A stretch of DNA of 60,484 bases, counting the filler, from Sphacelaria rigidula (taxonomy: Eukaryota): NCBI GenBank assembly GCA_964200075.2. It is 4 parts of 4 records of this genome, joined end to end, with 100 filler letters (N's around TTAATTAATTAA, not from the genome) between each part and the next. Parts side by side here need not be neighbours in the genome. Positions count along the whole stretch, not along the records: positions 30,299 to 45,342 come from CAXNAA020001934.1; positions 45,443 to 60,484 come from CAXNAA020001935.1; 2 more parts are not named here. The stretch is one strand, 5' to 3'. The notes below the pieces were generated by a model that was given only the letters and a program-made list of their open reading frames with translations, did not search any database and was not told where the DNA came from. The position numbers and the translations under genes are program-made. Position 1 is the first letter of the stretch. The number at the start of each line of letters is the position of its first letter. Positions 39,300 through 51,231 of the stretch are shown here, piece after piece.

Positions 39300-42200
39300 C
39301 TACGTGGTACCCGTATCCACCGCGAACCCCTGCGCTGCCCCATCCTCGTCGCTCACTTTGCCCTTCTTTTTTTTATTTGGGGTGAGGCGGGGGGATGCCG
39401 GGACACTACCGGCCACGCTCGACGCGTCATCTTTTTTGCTGCCGTGCCGTTCAAGCCAATTTTTGAGGTCGTTTCTTGCGTAGCGGTCATGCACCTCGAA
39501 CATTTCCTCGTCGGCAATGAAGCACTGTAGTATTGTAAGCGTTGTCTTCAGGTCGAACGAGAGAGATAGGAAAATGAGGGGGAGCAGGAGTGGGGGGGGG
39601 AGGGGTCGAGCGCGCGTGAGCGCGGTAGCGTACGCAGAATATACTTGACTGTAGGACTTGGTGTGAAACTAGTTTCGTGTCATGCTATGATAGGGAGAAG
39701 AAGTGTTTGAGTTCACGAAAAAAAAAAGGAGTTCATAGTTGCGTCAAAGCAATGCTACGGTAGGGGTACACTTTCTTCGCGAAATTATGTCTCGTTCAGG
39801 GGCTCCTAATGATTCTAGATGCACAAAAATATGGGTCAGGGCATCCCCGTTTGCGAAACCATTCGGGATATCCCCAGCACATTGGAGTAGTAATCCTGGC
39901 GCAACTTCACATATTTTCATAGGTCGTGTTTCGCATGAGATAAAGGGCTTTTAACAATTCTAACCTCAGACAATATTTGTATACCCCTACCGTCGCATCA
40001 CTCGTCAGACGACCTAACACACTCGCGGTGCGCTTGTATTTGGGTAAAAACGTTGCCAAGCAGTGTGAATGAGCGTTATTTATCGGTAACAAGCACTTTA
40101 GAAAAACAGCTGCTATCTTAAACGACAATTTGAAGTGGAATTCCATGGCAGCAATGGTCCAAAACATCCCCCCCCCCCCCCCCCCCCTATGTTGCATAAG
40201 TGCCTTCATGGAAAAATGACATCGGGGTGAACCTCGCCTGAAAAATGAAAACTTGACATGGATGTATACCCACTTTGAACATCGTAGTGTCCGGATGCAC
40301 AGCGAAACAACACGACATTGTGTTTCTACTGCTCAGAGAGGGAGAGGGAAGGCTATGTGAACACATCTGGAAACATATGAAAATAGAAGAGAAAAAAAAG
40401 AAAGGCAGGTGAGAACCTTCAATTAATTGTCCACTGTTGTTAAAAATCTATTTTCGAGTCATGCAAGAGCGAGAACGGTACAACCACGGAGGACGCGCAG
40501 CAATGAAGTACCCACGATCACGAAAAGGCACACGAAGAAGTCGGCATTGCGCCTTCGACGGTTTCGTGCAAAACTACGCAGGCGTCATGCACAGACTTTA
40601 CCTCCATCAACCACGTGGCTTCCAAGATCTTTCCGAGAGTACATACACTTCGTGCGGATGTTTTTTCAAAACGAGATCATTCCAACAACCAGGGGAAGGG
40701 AAGTCAAGAAAAGATAGTATGAAGCTCACGCTGTACGCAAGTAAAATGACACACCCGTATCATACCCGCACCCGTGCTTGAGTCGCCTGCAGAACCAGTG
40801 GCATGCATTGCTGGGCAGCACAAAACAGTGTTTCAGGGCTTTTTGTGACCCTATCGGGACTGGGGTTCAAGTATTTGTTTTTGTTTTTACTGATGTGTGC
40901 CTCGCCGTGTCCGCTGCCATTCTCCGGTGGCTGCGTTAAAATAAATAGTATTTTCTATCTCACCCCAATACATTTTAGTTCTTCGATACCACACTACAAT
41001 CAAATAGCTCGTATCACGTGTTGAGAAACCGGTTGACTGCTGAGCTAAACAGCCAGCGGAATATTTTAAGTTGCACACGGATTCGAACCCGATACCTTAT
41101 AGCTTTTGTTGAGATACCGACTGACTGCTGAACTAAAAAAAACAGCGCTGCTGGCTGACCTGGCTGTTTGGCTCACCAGTCAATCGGTTTCCTAACAAAA
41201 GCTAGGTTCTCGGGTTCGAATCCCTGTGTAAATAAAAAATTCTTCGATGTCGCATGGGTGCGGTCAAAAGAAAAGGAACAGCCAGCGAACTTGACTTCGA
41301 TGGTGAGCATCGGATGCGGTCGAAGTCTACCGGTTGAACTTAACAGCGTCGGTGACAAGGATAGCAAGCCTGGGGTGAGAGTGCTCGGGATCATGCGACG
41401 GACCCGCCGAACTTAGCTTTTGTTACCAAACCGGTTGGCTGCTGAGCTAAACAGCCAGCGCTGGCTGATTAGCTCAGCAGCCAATCGGTATCTTGACACC
41501 ACGCACCTCAATCAATCGATTATCCGAGAATACACTAAACTCAAGTAAATCCGCGATCTCGTCCTCAAATCATGCCCTTGGCCGCCCAGTTTGGGCGTCA
41601 ATTCTTAAAAGTAGGCATTAGAGAGTTTCGGGAAAAGCTTTTATGTCATTTCAGAGTGCAAATATCTCAGGATCAGAGTACAGAATAAAAAAACACACCT
41701 CATCTAAGAAAGGTGAAGGGGATACCACATTTGACGGAGGGGGAAATATTTTTTCTTTACACTCTGATCCCGAGGTATTTGCACTCTGAAATGACAAAAA
41801 AAAGCGCTTTCCGAAACTCTCTATTTTAGCCATACTTGTACGATAATATGCGCATCATCTGTTGCTACTTGGGGTGCGGGGTGGGGTTGGCCTGTCTTTT
41901 CGTCTACTGTGAGAAGAGTTCACAATAACGACTCAGCTGCTCAGTCAGCGCTGACTGAGTAGCGTAGTGGCTTTTGCGATACCTTAACGAAAGCTCATGC
42001 AGAGATCCGTCCAACCTGTTTAGCCTACAGATTCGTGCAGTTGTGTTCCTCGAGGTAACATCGCTGTACGAAGCATGCGTTTGTTACGTAAATAGCGCAT
42101 CTTATTGACTTCAAACAAAGGGGTATACATGGGTACTGTTCAATAATAAACATACTACAAATTATGCTCCAACATAGAGTAAATGAAATATCACCATATA

Positions 42201-44377
42201 TACAAGTATATTTCGTGCTTCAGTAGCTCAGTGGTTATTGTGATGTCTGAAGATACTACCGCTTACGACAACTACGATATTAACACGGGATCTTACAAAT
42301 TGAGGATGGACCTTTTATTGGGGATGAGAAACCCGGAGTACTAAAATCTTCGTATCCGCACGAAATCTTCGAAGTATGGTTCCATTTCTTCACCTACTGA
42401 TAGCTGTTGACAAATGCTACAAGCCATAGAAATTTGAATTTGATCACCGAAATGTTGGTGTCTTTAATGAAAAATTGAGTTCGGGGAATTTCGGCGACCC
42501 GATCGGATCACCTAAATTCTCCAAAATTGTTTCTTCACTCAGGACCCCAACAATTCGGTAATTGAGATCCAAATTCGTACGACGTGTAGTAGTTGTTAAT
42601 AGCTATCAGTAGATGAAGAGATGGAACCATATTTCGGAGATTTGGTGTGGATACGAAGATTTTAATTCTCCGGGTTTCTCATCCCCAAAACAAAATCCAT
42701 CCCCAATTAGTAAGATCCCGTGTTTATCACTGATGCCAAAAGCCGTACCTCTGGAACACCCATCGTCGCTTTTGACTCACCATACCGAGCAGACCGGCGA
42801 ATGACGAAGCCACGAAGTAAGCCATGACTCCCGCGAATAGCACAGGCCCGACGAAGCTATAGAGTTTGTCATCCATGTACGTCTGGAGGAACAAGTACAA
42901 AGCTCCCGCCGTGCCTAGCCCGATCACCTAGAACATCACGATGAAAAGCAAACATTGAATTTCATCCAAACTCCTGGAAGAATCAGAATCGCCAGTGTAA
43001 CCTGATTGACACCCCCGTGAACGGCTTGACAGCAATAGTATAATCTCCATTTCAGCATACTGTAATCATCCTGACATCAAGATATTGTCAGCTATGCCGA
43101 GTACCTACATCGTGTTGCTGATGCTTCGGAAGAAAAAAGTTCAATCGTCCGAACCAAATAATCGAGGTGCAGCTCCAAACACACGTGTGCTATCGACAAA
43201 AAAGGTCGAATATTGGAAGCTGTGCCAATATATCTGTTGCCCTACGCGACTAGACTCACGAAACAGGGATGCACTCCTACCAACCCTCACGAAACATAGA
43301 GGCACTACTACTACTACTACTACTACTACTGAGGGATGCTACGGTAGGGGTGGACAAATATTTTCTGGGGTTAGACTTGTCAGGAGCCCTGTATCACATC
43401 CAAAACATGACTTATGAAATATGAGAGAGTACGCCATGATTACTATTATTTCAACGTGCTAGGGATGTCCCGAGTGAATTTGCAAACGGGGGTGCCCTGA
43501 CCCATGTTCTTGTTCATCTAGAATCTTCAGGAACCCCTGAACCACACAAGATTTCGCGCATAAAGCGCACCCCTACCGTAGCAATGCTCTATTACTACTA
43601 CTACTACTGCTGCTGCTGCTACTATGAAAATATAGCGATAACACTTCTCAGTGGACGGCGGATGATGACAAAATTGCGAGGCTATCATCACAACTATATG
43701 CAACAGACGAACACCAAGATCATCATGCAGTAGATAAATTACAACAGTCAATTTACCACTTCACCCGATTCCTCTCTCAAGCTGTACTCGGCACACCGCT
43801 CTCCGTGAATTCTTCCAAAAAAGCATCCGGATGCGTTCAGTCGTGGGATCCAATAACTCCAACGACTACGGGTTCAGTAGAAAGGCAAACCGTAGGAACG
43901 ACCTTTAACAGGGAATTCTGAAAATAGAAACGACGTTCCTTCATTATGACAACGAAAAATTTCGATGGTGTTTGATATTGTGGGAAACGGCACACCACGA
44001 AAGTGCCTTCGAGGGAAACCATTTCCCACAATCAAATTCGAACACCATCGGAAACGTTTCGTTTTTATGAAAAAAAAATGCCGTTTTTCTTCATCAGGAT
44101 TCCGTATTCTTAGCTAATGTCCCTCGATTAATTGAAGACCTTTCATGGCCAGCAGGAGTGTAGTTGTCGAGACAAAGTCTCGGCACCGTCTCCCCGCCCC
44201 ATCGCATTTTTCAAGGAAGGCGTTTCGGTATTCCCACCAAAAGCAACTCACCAATTTCATGATGAAGGAGATGAAGTCAGTGACCACGGTCACGGCGCTG
44301 ACACGGCCGAGGTTTCTGGCAATGAGCCAGAAGGCGTTCTTGGATGATGTACAGAAGGATGTGCTGAAAATCGCCAC
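39300..44377 (-). CDS. Choline transporter-like (SLC44/CTL/PNS1 family) protein, 3' part only; exons 44377-44252, 42927-42781, 39545-39300
   Basis: Spliced peptide VAIFSTSFCTSSKNAFWLIARNLGRVSAVTVVTDFISFIMKL / VIGLGTAGALYLFLQ...VLFAGVMAYFVASSFAGLLGM / TTLTILQCFIADEEMFEVHDRYA... matches the typical CTL C-terminal pattern (AI.G.SFC.SAK.AF.L..RN; TI..CF..D.E). Both introns are phase 0, GT..AG. Upstream exons were not found before the contig end. Confidence 0.85.
39677..40203. mobile_element. Older copy of the 57375 family, interrupted by a related MITE at 39747-40003
   Basis: Flanks of the insert join into the 57375 sequence (gtcagacgacctaacacactcgcggtgc). Confidence 0.65.
39747..40003. mobile_element. 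Sola2-like MITE subfamily B, TSD GTCA
   Basis: gtca|aagcaatgctacggtagggg ... cccctaccgtcgcatcactc|gtca. Confidence 0.75.
41018..41499. mobile_element. Composite inverted element made of tRNA-like heads
   Basis: Five copies of ggctgtttagctcagcagtcaa(t/c)cggt(t/a)tc in both orientations; B boxes GGTTCGAATCC at 41079-41089(-) and 41213-41223(+); CAC on both flanks. Confidence 0.6.
41619..41823. mobile_element. MITE (205 bp) with ~60-bp TIRs
   Basis: tagagagtttcgg...tgtcatttcagagtgcaaata / tatttgcactctgaaatgaca...ccgaaactctcta. Confidence 0.7.
42283..42723. mobile_element. Palindromic MITE, PIF/Harbinger (Tourist)-like, TTA TSD, in a CTL intron
   Basis: TTA|acacgggatcttac ... gtaagatcccgtgt|TTA; ~200-bp self-complementary arms. 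Confidence 0.8.
43331..43589. mobile_element. Sola2-like MITE subfamily B (inverted relative to 39747), inserted in a (CTA)n tract
   Basis: tact|gagggatgctacggtagggg ... cccctaccgtagcaatgctc|tatt; a partial third copy lies at ~50480-50590. Confidence 0.75.
43910..44105. repeat. Degenerate inverted repeat (old MITE)
   Basis: cgatggtgtttgatattgtgggaaa / tttcccacaatcaaattcgaacaccatcg. Confidence 0.55.
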
Positions 44378-44539
44378 CTGGAGAATACCGCGCGGAGGGA
44401 AAAGATGCCGTAGCAGGGAGGGCGTGATCTGCCGTGAATTTACATCGTACGAAAAAATCTCACGTGAAGGGGGGAAATGTCACGCTAGAGATATTTCGTT
44501 CCTCTACCGTAAAACTGGAATACGATGCTAACACCCGGT

Positions 44540-44993
44540 GGTCTGAATTAAAATAATGGTACAACTGACACCACAAGGGTAGGAGAAACCTGGGCTCGAT
44601 GACCGCCAGATGCGTCTACGCCGGCTTTTTCCCCTCAATAGTCAATAGTAGATCCTCAGAAACAGTGCTTAACGTCATATTTTCTATTTACTAATTGTTT
44701 GCCGCACTTTGAACCCCTCCCCTTTCTCGGGACGAGTCCGTGTTCTCAAGGGATCAACCCATCTCTCCCCGGTGCACGCCTTGCGTTTTGGTCTCGCGGA
44801 TTGGGTCAGCACTGCCGCACCGCGTCAGCTCTCGTCGAACAAACTTGGCCAACTGCGTTTTGCTTACTCGCGTACTAACGATTTCGAAGGTTAAAATGAG
44901 ATACTTTGAACATATAACCCAACGCATCGGAATTCGAACTCTCGTTCTCTCCACCCTAATGGTGACAGTCGGACCATTACACCACCGGGCCCC
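44540..44993 (-). mobile_element. tRNA-derived SINE
   Basis: 5' head GGGCCCGGTGGTGTAATGGT (A box) ... GAGAGTTCGAATTCCG (B box). The body shares cgcgagaccaaa with the repeat at ~31990-32190. 3' end approximate. Confidence 0.6.
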
Positions 44994-45342
44994 GACGGCT
45001 GAACACTGAAATAAGGTTCAATTCCAAAACAGTGGCATTCCTTATATAAAGTAATGGCAAACGACTGCTGTATGGACGACCTCATTCCCCTCGATCTCCC
45101 CAAACTATCTTGGGTGGTTTCCCGTCTTCCGTATCCCCGAGGGGTATATTCGAAAGCACATTTTCCCTCGATTTCGGGGTAAAAAAAGGGACGCCTTTTA
45201 GCCCGAAAATGGTGCTTTCGCACATACCCTCTGGGGGAACGGAAGACGGACCCCCCCCCCCCCCCCCCTCTTTTTTTTGGGGGGGGGGGGGGGAGGGTGG
45301 GCGGGGGGGAGTGGGTTGTCATGAATTTAGGAGAAGGAAAAA

Positions 45343-45442
45343 NNNNNNNNNNNNNNNNNNNNNNNNNNNNNNNNNNNNNNNNNNNNTTAATTAATTAANN
45401 NNNNNNNNNNNNNNNNNNNNNNNNNNNNNNNNNNNNNNNNNN
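45343..45442. other. Artificial contig-joining spacer
   Basis: Same 100-bp structure. Confidence 0.97.
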
Positions 45443-46689
45443 AATAAAACAAAAAAAACAACCAATTAATTAGACCCCCCCCCCCCAATGTCTCCATTAG
45501 GAGTAGGAACGGTGCTCCATCTCGAAAGGGATGCGTGATCAATGATCAAACGACTAAGGCAGGCAAAAAATGAGTACCCCCCGCCGTTGCAGGATCCCCT
45601 CCATATCATGGACCTGTTGAACACTAGGATTGACCATGGTCTGATAACTCACTAGTATAAAAAGTGGGCCTTCCAAATCCTATATGATGACTCTTGGACC
45701 AACTATTCTGTCCCCTTAGTGTATACTTCATATGCGATATACTTGAGTTTGTTTGAACTACGTAACAAATAGGATGAAGTGTGGTCACAATGTTGACCAG
45801 TCGGGTGCAGTGCAGGAAGTCTAAATCCAATACGATGATGGCTTGCACCTGTAATTTCTTCAAGGGTCGGACGAGTCAGCGCTATGTACTTGTGATTCAT
45901 GCTGCATGAATGAAAGGGGAGGATGCAATATGTACCGATGATCCATGCTGTCATGCCGTATGAATGGAAGGTTTCCTACAAGTGTTGTCACTTGTCCGCT
46001 GTACAGATTGCACAGTTTTATGCTGTACTGTACTGTACGATATTTACTGCCCGCTGACTGCAGCGGGCGCCGCCGGATTGTTTTTGAAACTCACCCGAAC
46101 ATGCGGGTACGACTCTTGCAGTACTGGTGCTGTCTGAAGCGATATTCGTACTGCTTTGCACATTCAGGCCAACTGTACCGCAGAACAAACCATGAAACTG
46201 CAGAAAGGTCGTCAAGCGCTTAACTGGGGAAAACAAACGGCTAGAAGCATCGCTCTATGCAAGTAGATGCGTGATGTGCCAAGCTGTACAGTATTGTCTG
46301 CGGGCTGTAGTGTACGCTGCCGGGGTATCCCCGAATCTCCCGCGGACATGCGAGGACGACTCATGCTGGTGCTGTCTTCTTCGAAGGTGCTCGTGGAATT
46401 GTGCACAGTATATTCAGGCCCCCTGTACCACAGAACACAACATGAAACTACAAAAGCTGGCAATAGCATAGCTCGGGAAAATATACAGCTAGAAGAACCT
46501 CTCTGGGCACGCAGACATGTGTGTTGCATTGTATTTGAGGTGTTGTGTGACGTGCGAGTAAAATATTTGAAATTGGGTTTATTGTGTAGTTGACTTTGTA
46601 GTGTTTCGAGACCTGCACGCTCTTTTTTGCCTACCCCACCTGCAAGAAGGCCGCGGCACCGGAGAGTCGCGCCCCATGAAATGACAGAT

Positions 46690-47175
46690 CATGTCCTCAT
46701 GGTTCATGTCATATGAATAGAAGGTGGGGGGCATGTACTTGTGATTCATGCCGCATGGGTGGAAGGCGAGATTGCATGGACACTTAATCCATCTCGTATG
46801 AACGGAAGGTGGTAAACATGTACGTATGATTCGTGCTGTATGAATGGAAAATGGAAACATGTACGCTTGGTTCATCTCGTGTGAGTAGAAGGTAGGGAAC
46901 ATGTACCTACGATTCAGGCTGCTTGGATGGAAAGGTTGGGCACATGTACCTGTTATTGATGCTGCATGGATGGAAAGGGGGAAACATGTACCTGTGATTT
47001 ATGGCGTATGGATGGCCGGTGGGGAGCGTGTACCTATGATTCGTGCTGCATGATTGGAAACTTGAAAAGGCATGTACCTGTGATTCGTACCATACGAATG
47101 GAAGGTGGGAGACATGTACCTGTGGTTCATTGCACACAAATAGAAGGTAGGAAACGTGTGCCTTTGATTATGGAC
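46690..47175 (+). repeat. Minisatellite, ~42-bp unit, ~12 copies (extra units at ~45880-45975)
   Basis: Consensus catgtacctgtgattcgtgctgcatggatggaaggtgggaaa; catg at 46732, 46775, 46817, 46858, 46900, 46943, 46985 and onward. Confidence 0.85.
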
Positions 47176-47989
47176 CCCGCGAACCACGAAGCGGGAATAT
47201 GTACACTCCAAGCAGTGTCGCACGAATCACGAACCCGGCACATGTACGAACCACAACTTGTGTGCGTATCGTATGATTGATTCGCACAAGTGTTGAGCAA
47301 TACTTGTCCGAACCATGAAATACTCGGATGAAGTGAGGTAGATTCCGATTTTTTTCCTGATACAGTAACCGCTCACATGTACTCGATTCCTTGTACCTGT
47401 TTTGGATCATTCGCTGTGTGCCTTTGCTTGTCGTGATCATTTGTTGCAGGACAATATGAAGTGCCCCTGCAGCATGGCGACGGCGTTTCTGGTGGTTGTA
47501 CTGATGACTACTTGTGTATCCCCGGCGTTCGAGGCAGGGCCAGACGTGGATGGCAAAGTTGGGTGAACGCTGCAACATGTTGCACCTGTTCACATGGTAT
47601 AGCGCTGCGCGATCCTCCAGTCCCACCTGGGCTTCTTTCTTGTCCACGATGTCTCTGCCTCCAGGCTTTGGGAGCGCTCGTCCGCACTTGGGGTCGCATG
47701 ATCTACATGCTCCGCGGGTGGCACCGGTGGTGCCGGCGATTCACCGATCTCTCGGCTCGGGGGCTCCCTGTCCTTCCCTTGGACTTCCTCTTCCATGGCC
47801 ACCTTTCATCTGTCAGCGTCGAGCTCTGCCAGAGCTTCTTCCGCAGTCGACGGTTCCTTCGGTCCAGTGCCGATTCCGCGTCCGAGCATGCAGAATTCGC
47901 TTTTTTCCTGATTTTCTGTAAGGGTGACAAGGAAATTACCGTCCATGGAAGTGCTGCCATCAGAACTTCGGTGCTACGCGTTATCCCCC

Positions 47990-50403
47990 CCATGTCGTTG
48001 TGCTAATCGGGTGGACCTGCGCAGTCCACTTTCCGGAGCAAGAGCGCTTCGAAGATGTCGAGTATTGTTGTTGCTGTCCACCCAGGTCATCATCACCGTC
48101 GATTTGTGCTGCATACTGTTGTTCCGACTCTCCATCCTCGTCGCCACTCAGGTAGTCCGCCTTCAGTTCCCCCACGATGTCTACGATCTGATTCGAACGT
48201 GATATGTGAAGACTTCACGAGCTTGGATTCCTGCATTAGCCATACATTCCAGCAGAGCGAGTGCCGATCGTGCCCCACTAAGATGCCCCGCTTCGTTTAT
48301 GGGTGGAACTTTACAGCGGCGCCTCGCTACTGCTTTTGTTGGTGCACGAAACACTCCGATATCCAAAGACGAAGCTAGTCGTATTTAAAAGGCTCTCCTG
48401 TCAGCCTCTCACATGGGACCTCGCCCCCGAGGCACTCGTGGGACATCCCTGCGGTCTTGAATGCTATGTCCGCCACAGCAAAGAACCAGTAGTCCTCTCC
48501 GCGTCCCGCTTTCACCAATTGACTGCGTACTATCCCCATCATTTGTATCATTTGTTGCATTGCAAGTTCAGCAGTTCCATTGCTTTGCGGTGTCCTTGGC
48601 GGTGAGCAGCGCCACTTCATGCCACGATCTGCCAGCATGCGTTGAAATCGGCTGACCGTCCGAGTTCCCCAGCGCCGTCTCCGCGGATCCATTTGATGGC
48701 CACTCTTCCACGAGCCATTTCGTCGATGTAGGTTCCCGTGGCATCCGTGGCAGAATCTGGCGTCTTGAATCCAACAATGTGCTTATCTCGGGTCGCCTCG
48801 TCTACGAAAACCTGAAAGTACTTCATGCCCGTGACATTCGGCGTTCAGTGTGCACGACTTCACCCGGTGCTTTCACACTCCTGACTTATGTTCCTTACAG
48901 ACGCTGTGGAGCATCTCGGAGGCCACCGTGGTATCAGTTACATCCATCAGCCCACGCTTATCGAGGTGTTTTATGGCACCTGAATCGATATGTCCTGAGG
49001 TGTCGTGCCACTACTTCAATGGGAGGCGCTGCTTAGTGTTTGCCAATGAAGCGTGTGCCAACGCCTCATGTTTGTCATTCCCCTGCACGGATGCCGACAG
49101 GGTCAGGAACCCTTCATTCTCGGCTAGAGGGATCTTCGGTCCGTCCTTATTGAACCACTGGCACTTCTCCTTTCTGTTGGAGTCCGAAAATTCTTCTCCG
49201 CCTCGTCGAATCGTTCCGGTACCGAGCACCGAGCAAGGTAGTCCAGGGACCCGAAGTACGTCCCTCAATGTGACCGTGGCCGGAGCTTCCTTACCCCGAA
49301 CGCTCACATGTAACGGGATCTCTCCGATTTCCAGTGCCTGGAGCTGCCCCTTGTTCCCAAATGTACAGCTTCCATTGACCGTCCGCGTATTCCTGAGATC
49401 CTTTTTCCAGGGAGTCACGTGGACATTCGCTCCCGAATCACAGAGAAATGACACCTCTTTGTGACTGCTGGTCGACGTGCACATGAGTACTACTTACTCA
49501 TGTTCGACTACCACGTTAATCGTCATGAATGCCCTCGGTCTGTCCCTCGTCCCATTTCTTCTGCCGTTGTGTGGAGGAGGTAAAAACGTTCATGCGGGGC
49601 TCATCCCCGGCGGTCGTTTAGCCGGAGGATTGCCGTTGAGGTAGGATTGGAATTTTCACCCCCTATGATTTCGCTTCAAACAACACGCGCATTGATTGCT
49701 ATCGAACCCCGAGTCCGGCTGGTTGCCGTCGTTTCTCGATTGAAACGCTACTGTCTCGTCGCAGCGTTCCATGCCGGACGTTTGAGCTCATCGTATGTCA
49801 TACCTGGCTGGGTTGTTCGCTGTAGGAATACTTGTGGAAGCTTCTCCTTGACCCTGAGTACAAGGACTGCCCTCTTAGTCTCCTCGGCTTTGACGTTTCC
49901 AAGCGCCTCGAATTCCCCCAGATGGTGTCCCTCTTCACCATAAAACCTGTTGCTTCATCTGCAAAATTACATTGGGAGTCCCGCGTTCTTCGTTCCAATG
50001 CAAGTAGTTGCACAGGCCGCTGGTCCTGTGCACGTCCTCCGTAGATCCGTTCGAGCTTCGCTGCCGTAGGGGCTGCCGCCGTGCTCACATCATACGACGA
50101 TGGCGGCGGTTGATCCTTTCGAAGCATGTACCAGGAGGAACCACGAGGATTGTGTGTTGCGTTGGTGCGTTTCGTACGCCCTGCTCTGATCTAGTGTTGT
50201 CGTCGTTGTCGGAACGCCCGGTGTGGCGTAATCCGGTTGTAGCAGCACCTACCCTGCTGCCCTGAATCCCTCGGGCTTTTTCCTTCTTTTTTTGTTCTCT
50301 CCTTTTCTTTTCCTATTTTTTGTTTTAGACCGGCATTTCTTTCTGTGCCTTGCTTTTCTTGACTTTTTTTTTTTAATCACGTCTTAGTATACTGTGCCGT
50401 TCT
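47990..50403 (-). mobile_element. Decayed Ty1/copia LTR retrotransposon (gag region, protease, integrase; no RT/RNase H seen)
   Basis: Aspartic protease FLCDSGANVHVT (~49450). Integrase core KYFQVFVDEATR...IRGDGAGEL...SPPRTPQSNGTAE...YWFFAV (48826-48375). Post-integrase GILVGHD...KLVKSSHITFE. The PR-IN order is the copia order. Several frameshifts; boundaries approximate. Confidence 0.88.
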
Positions 50404-50603
50404 GTTGAATACAGTAGAGCTTACAATATAAAGCCGCGGATCCGTTCTGGCTGCGCTGATCACATTGGCTACGGTAAGGATTGCGAAAGTGTTCCTGTTG
50501 GTATCCATATTCTTGTGCATCTAGAATCGTTAGGAGCCCCTGAACCGGACAAGATTTTGCGCAAAAAGTGCACCCTTACCGTAGCATTGATTACTACTAG
50601 TAG

Positions 50604-50649
<46 letters not shown>

Positions 50650-50801
50650 AAGTCGTGTGGTCGTTATGTGGTCATCATATGGTCGCCATGTGGTCGTCAC
50701 GTGGTCACCATGTGATCGTCATTTAGAGTGATCGTCATGTAGCCGTCATGTGGTCATCGTGTGGTCGCCGTGTGGCCATGCGGTCATCACGTTGTAATAA
50801 C

Positions 50802-51225
50802 TAGGGATATACACGTTACACACGCGACACATTTGAAAAAACCGGGAAAAACGTAACTTTGGGCAAATTAACGATACGTAAGGTTTGAATTTTGGACGGA
50901 ACAAATGTACCGTAACGTGATGTAGCGTGTGGACCTTGAAGCAGTGTCTTTCGGGATTTCCCAGACCTACAAAAAGGCTACTTTAGTAATTTTTCATCGT
51001 GACACGTGACACGTTACAAATGTACGAAAAAACGCAGAGTTTTCGTCACATTTGGAGAGTAAAAAGTGATGGGGTTCATGCGAAGGACCACACGTTACAT
51101 CACCTTACTTTACATTTGTCCGGTCCAACAAATCAAACCTTACGTAGCGTTAATTGGCCCAAGGTTACGTTTTTTCGAATGCGTCACCTAAAAACGTCAC
51201 GTCACGTGTAACGTGTATACCCATG
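50802..51225. mobile_element. hAT-type MITE, family copy 2, 8-bp TSD GTAATAAC
   Basis: gtaataac|tagggatatacacgttacac ... gtgtaacgtgtatacccatg|gtaataac. Confidence 0.8.
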
Positions 51226-51231
51226 GTAATA

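Noticed and set aside
41075..41228. Functional tRNA genes
   Set aside because: A B box is present, but I could not build a convincing acceptor stem, D-loop GG or anticodon arm; treated as tRNA-derived repeats.
46690..47175. CRISPR-like periodicity
   Set aside because: Contiguous diverged units with no unique spacers, no cas genes, and a eukaryotic context.
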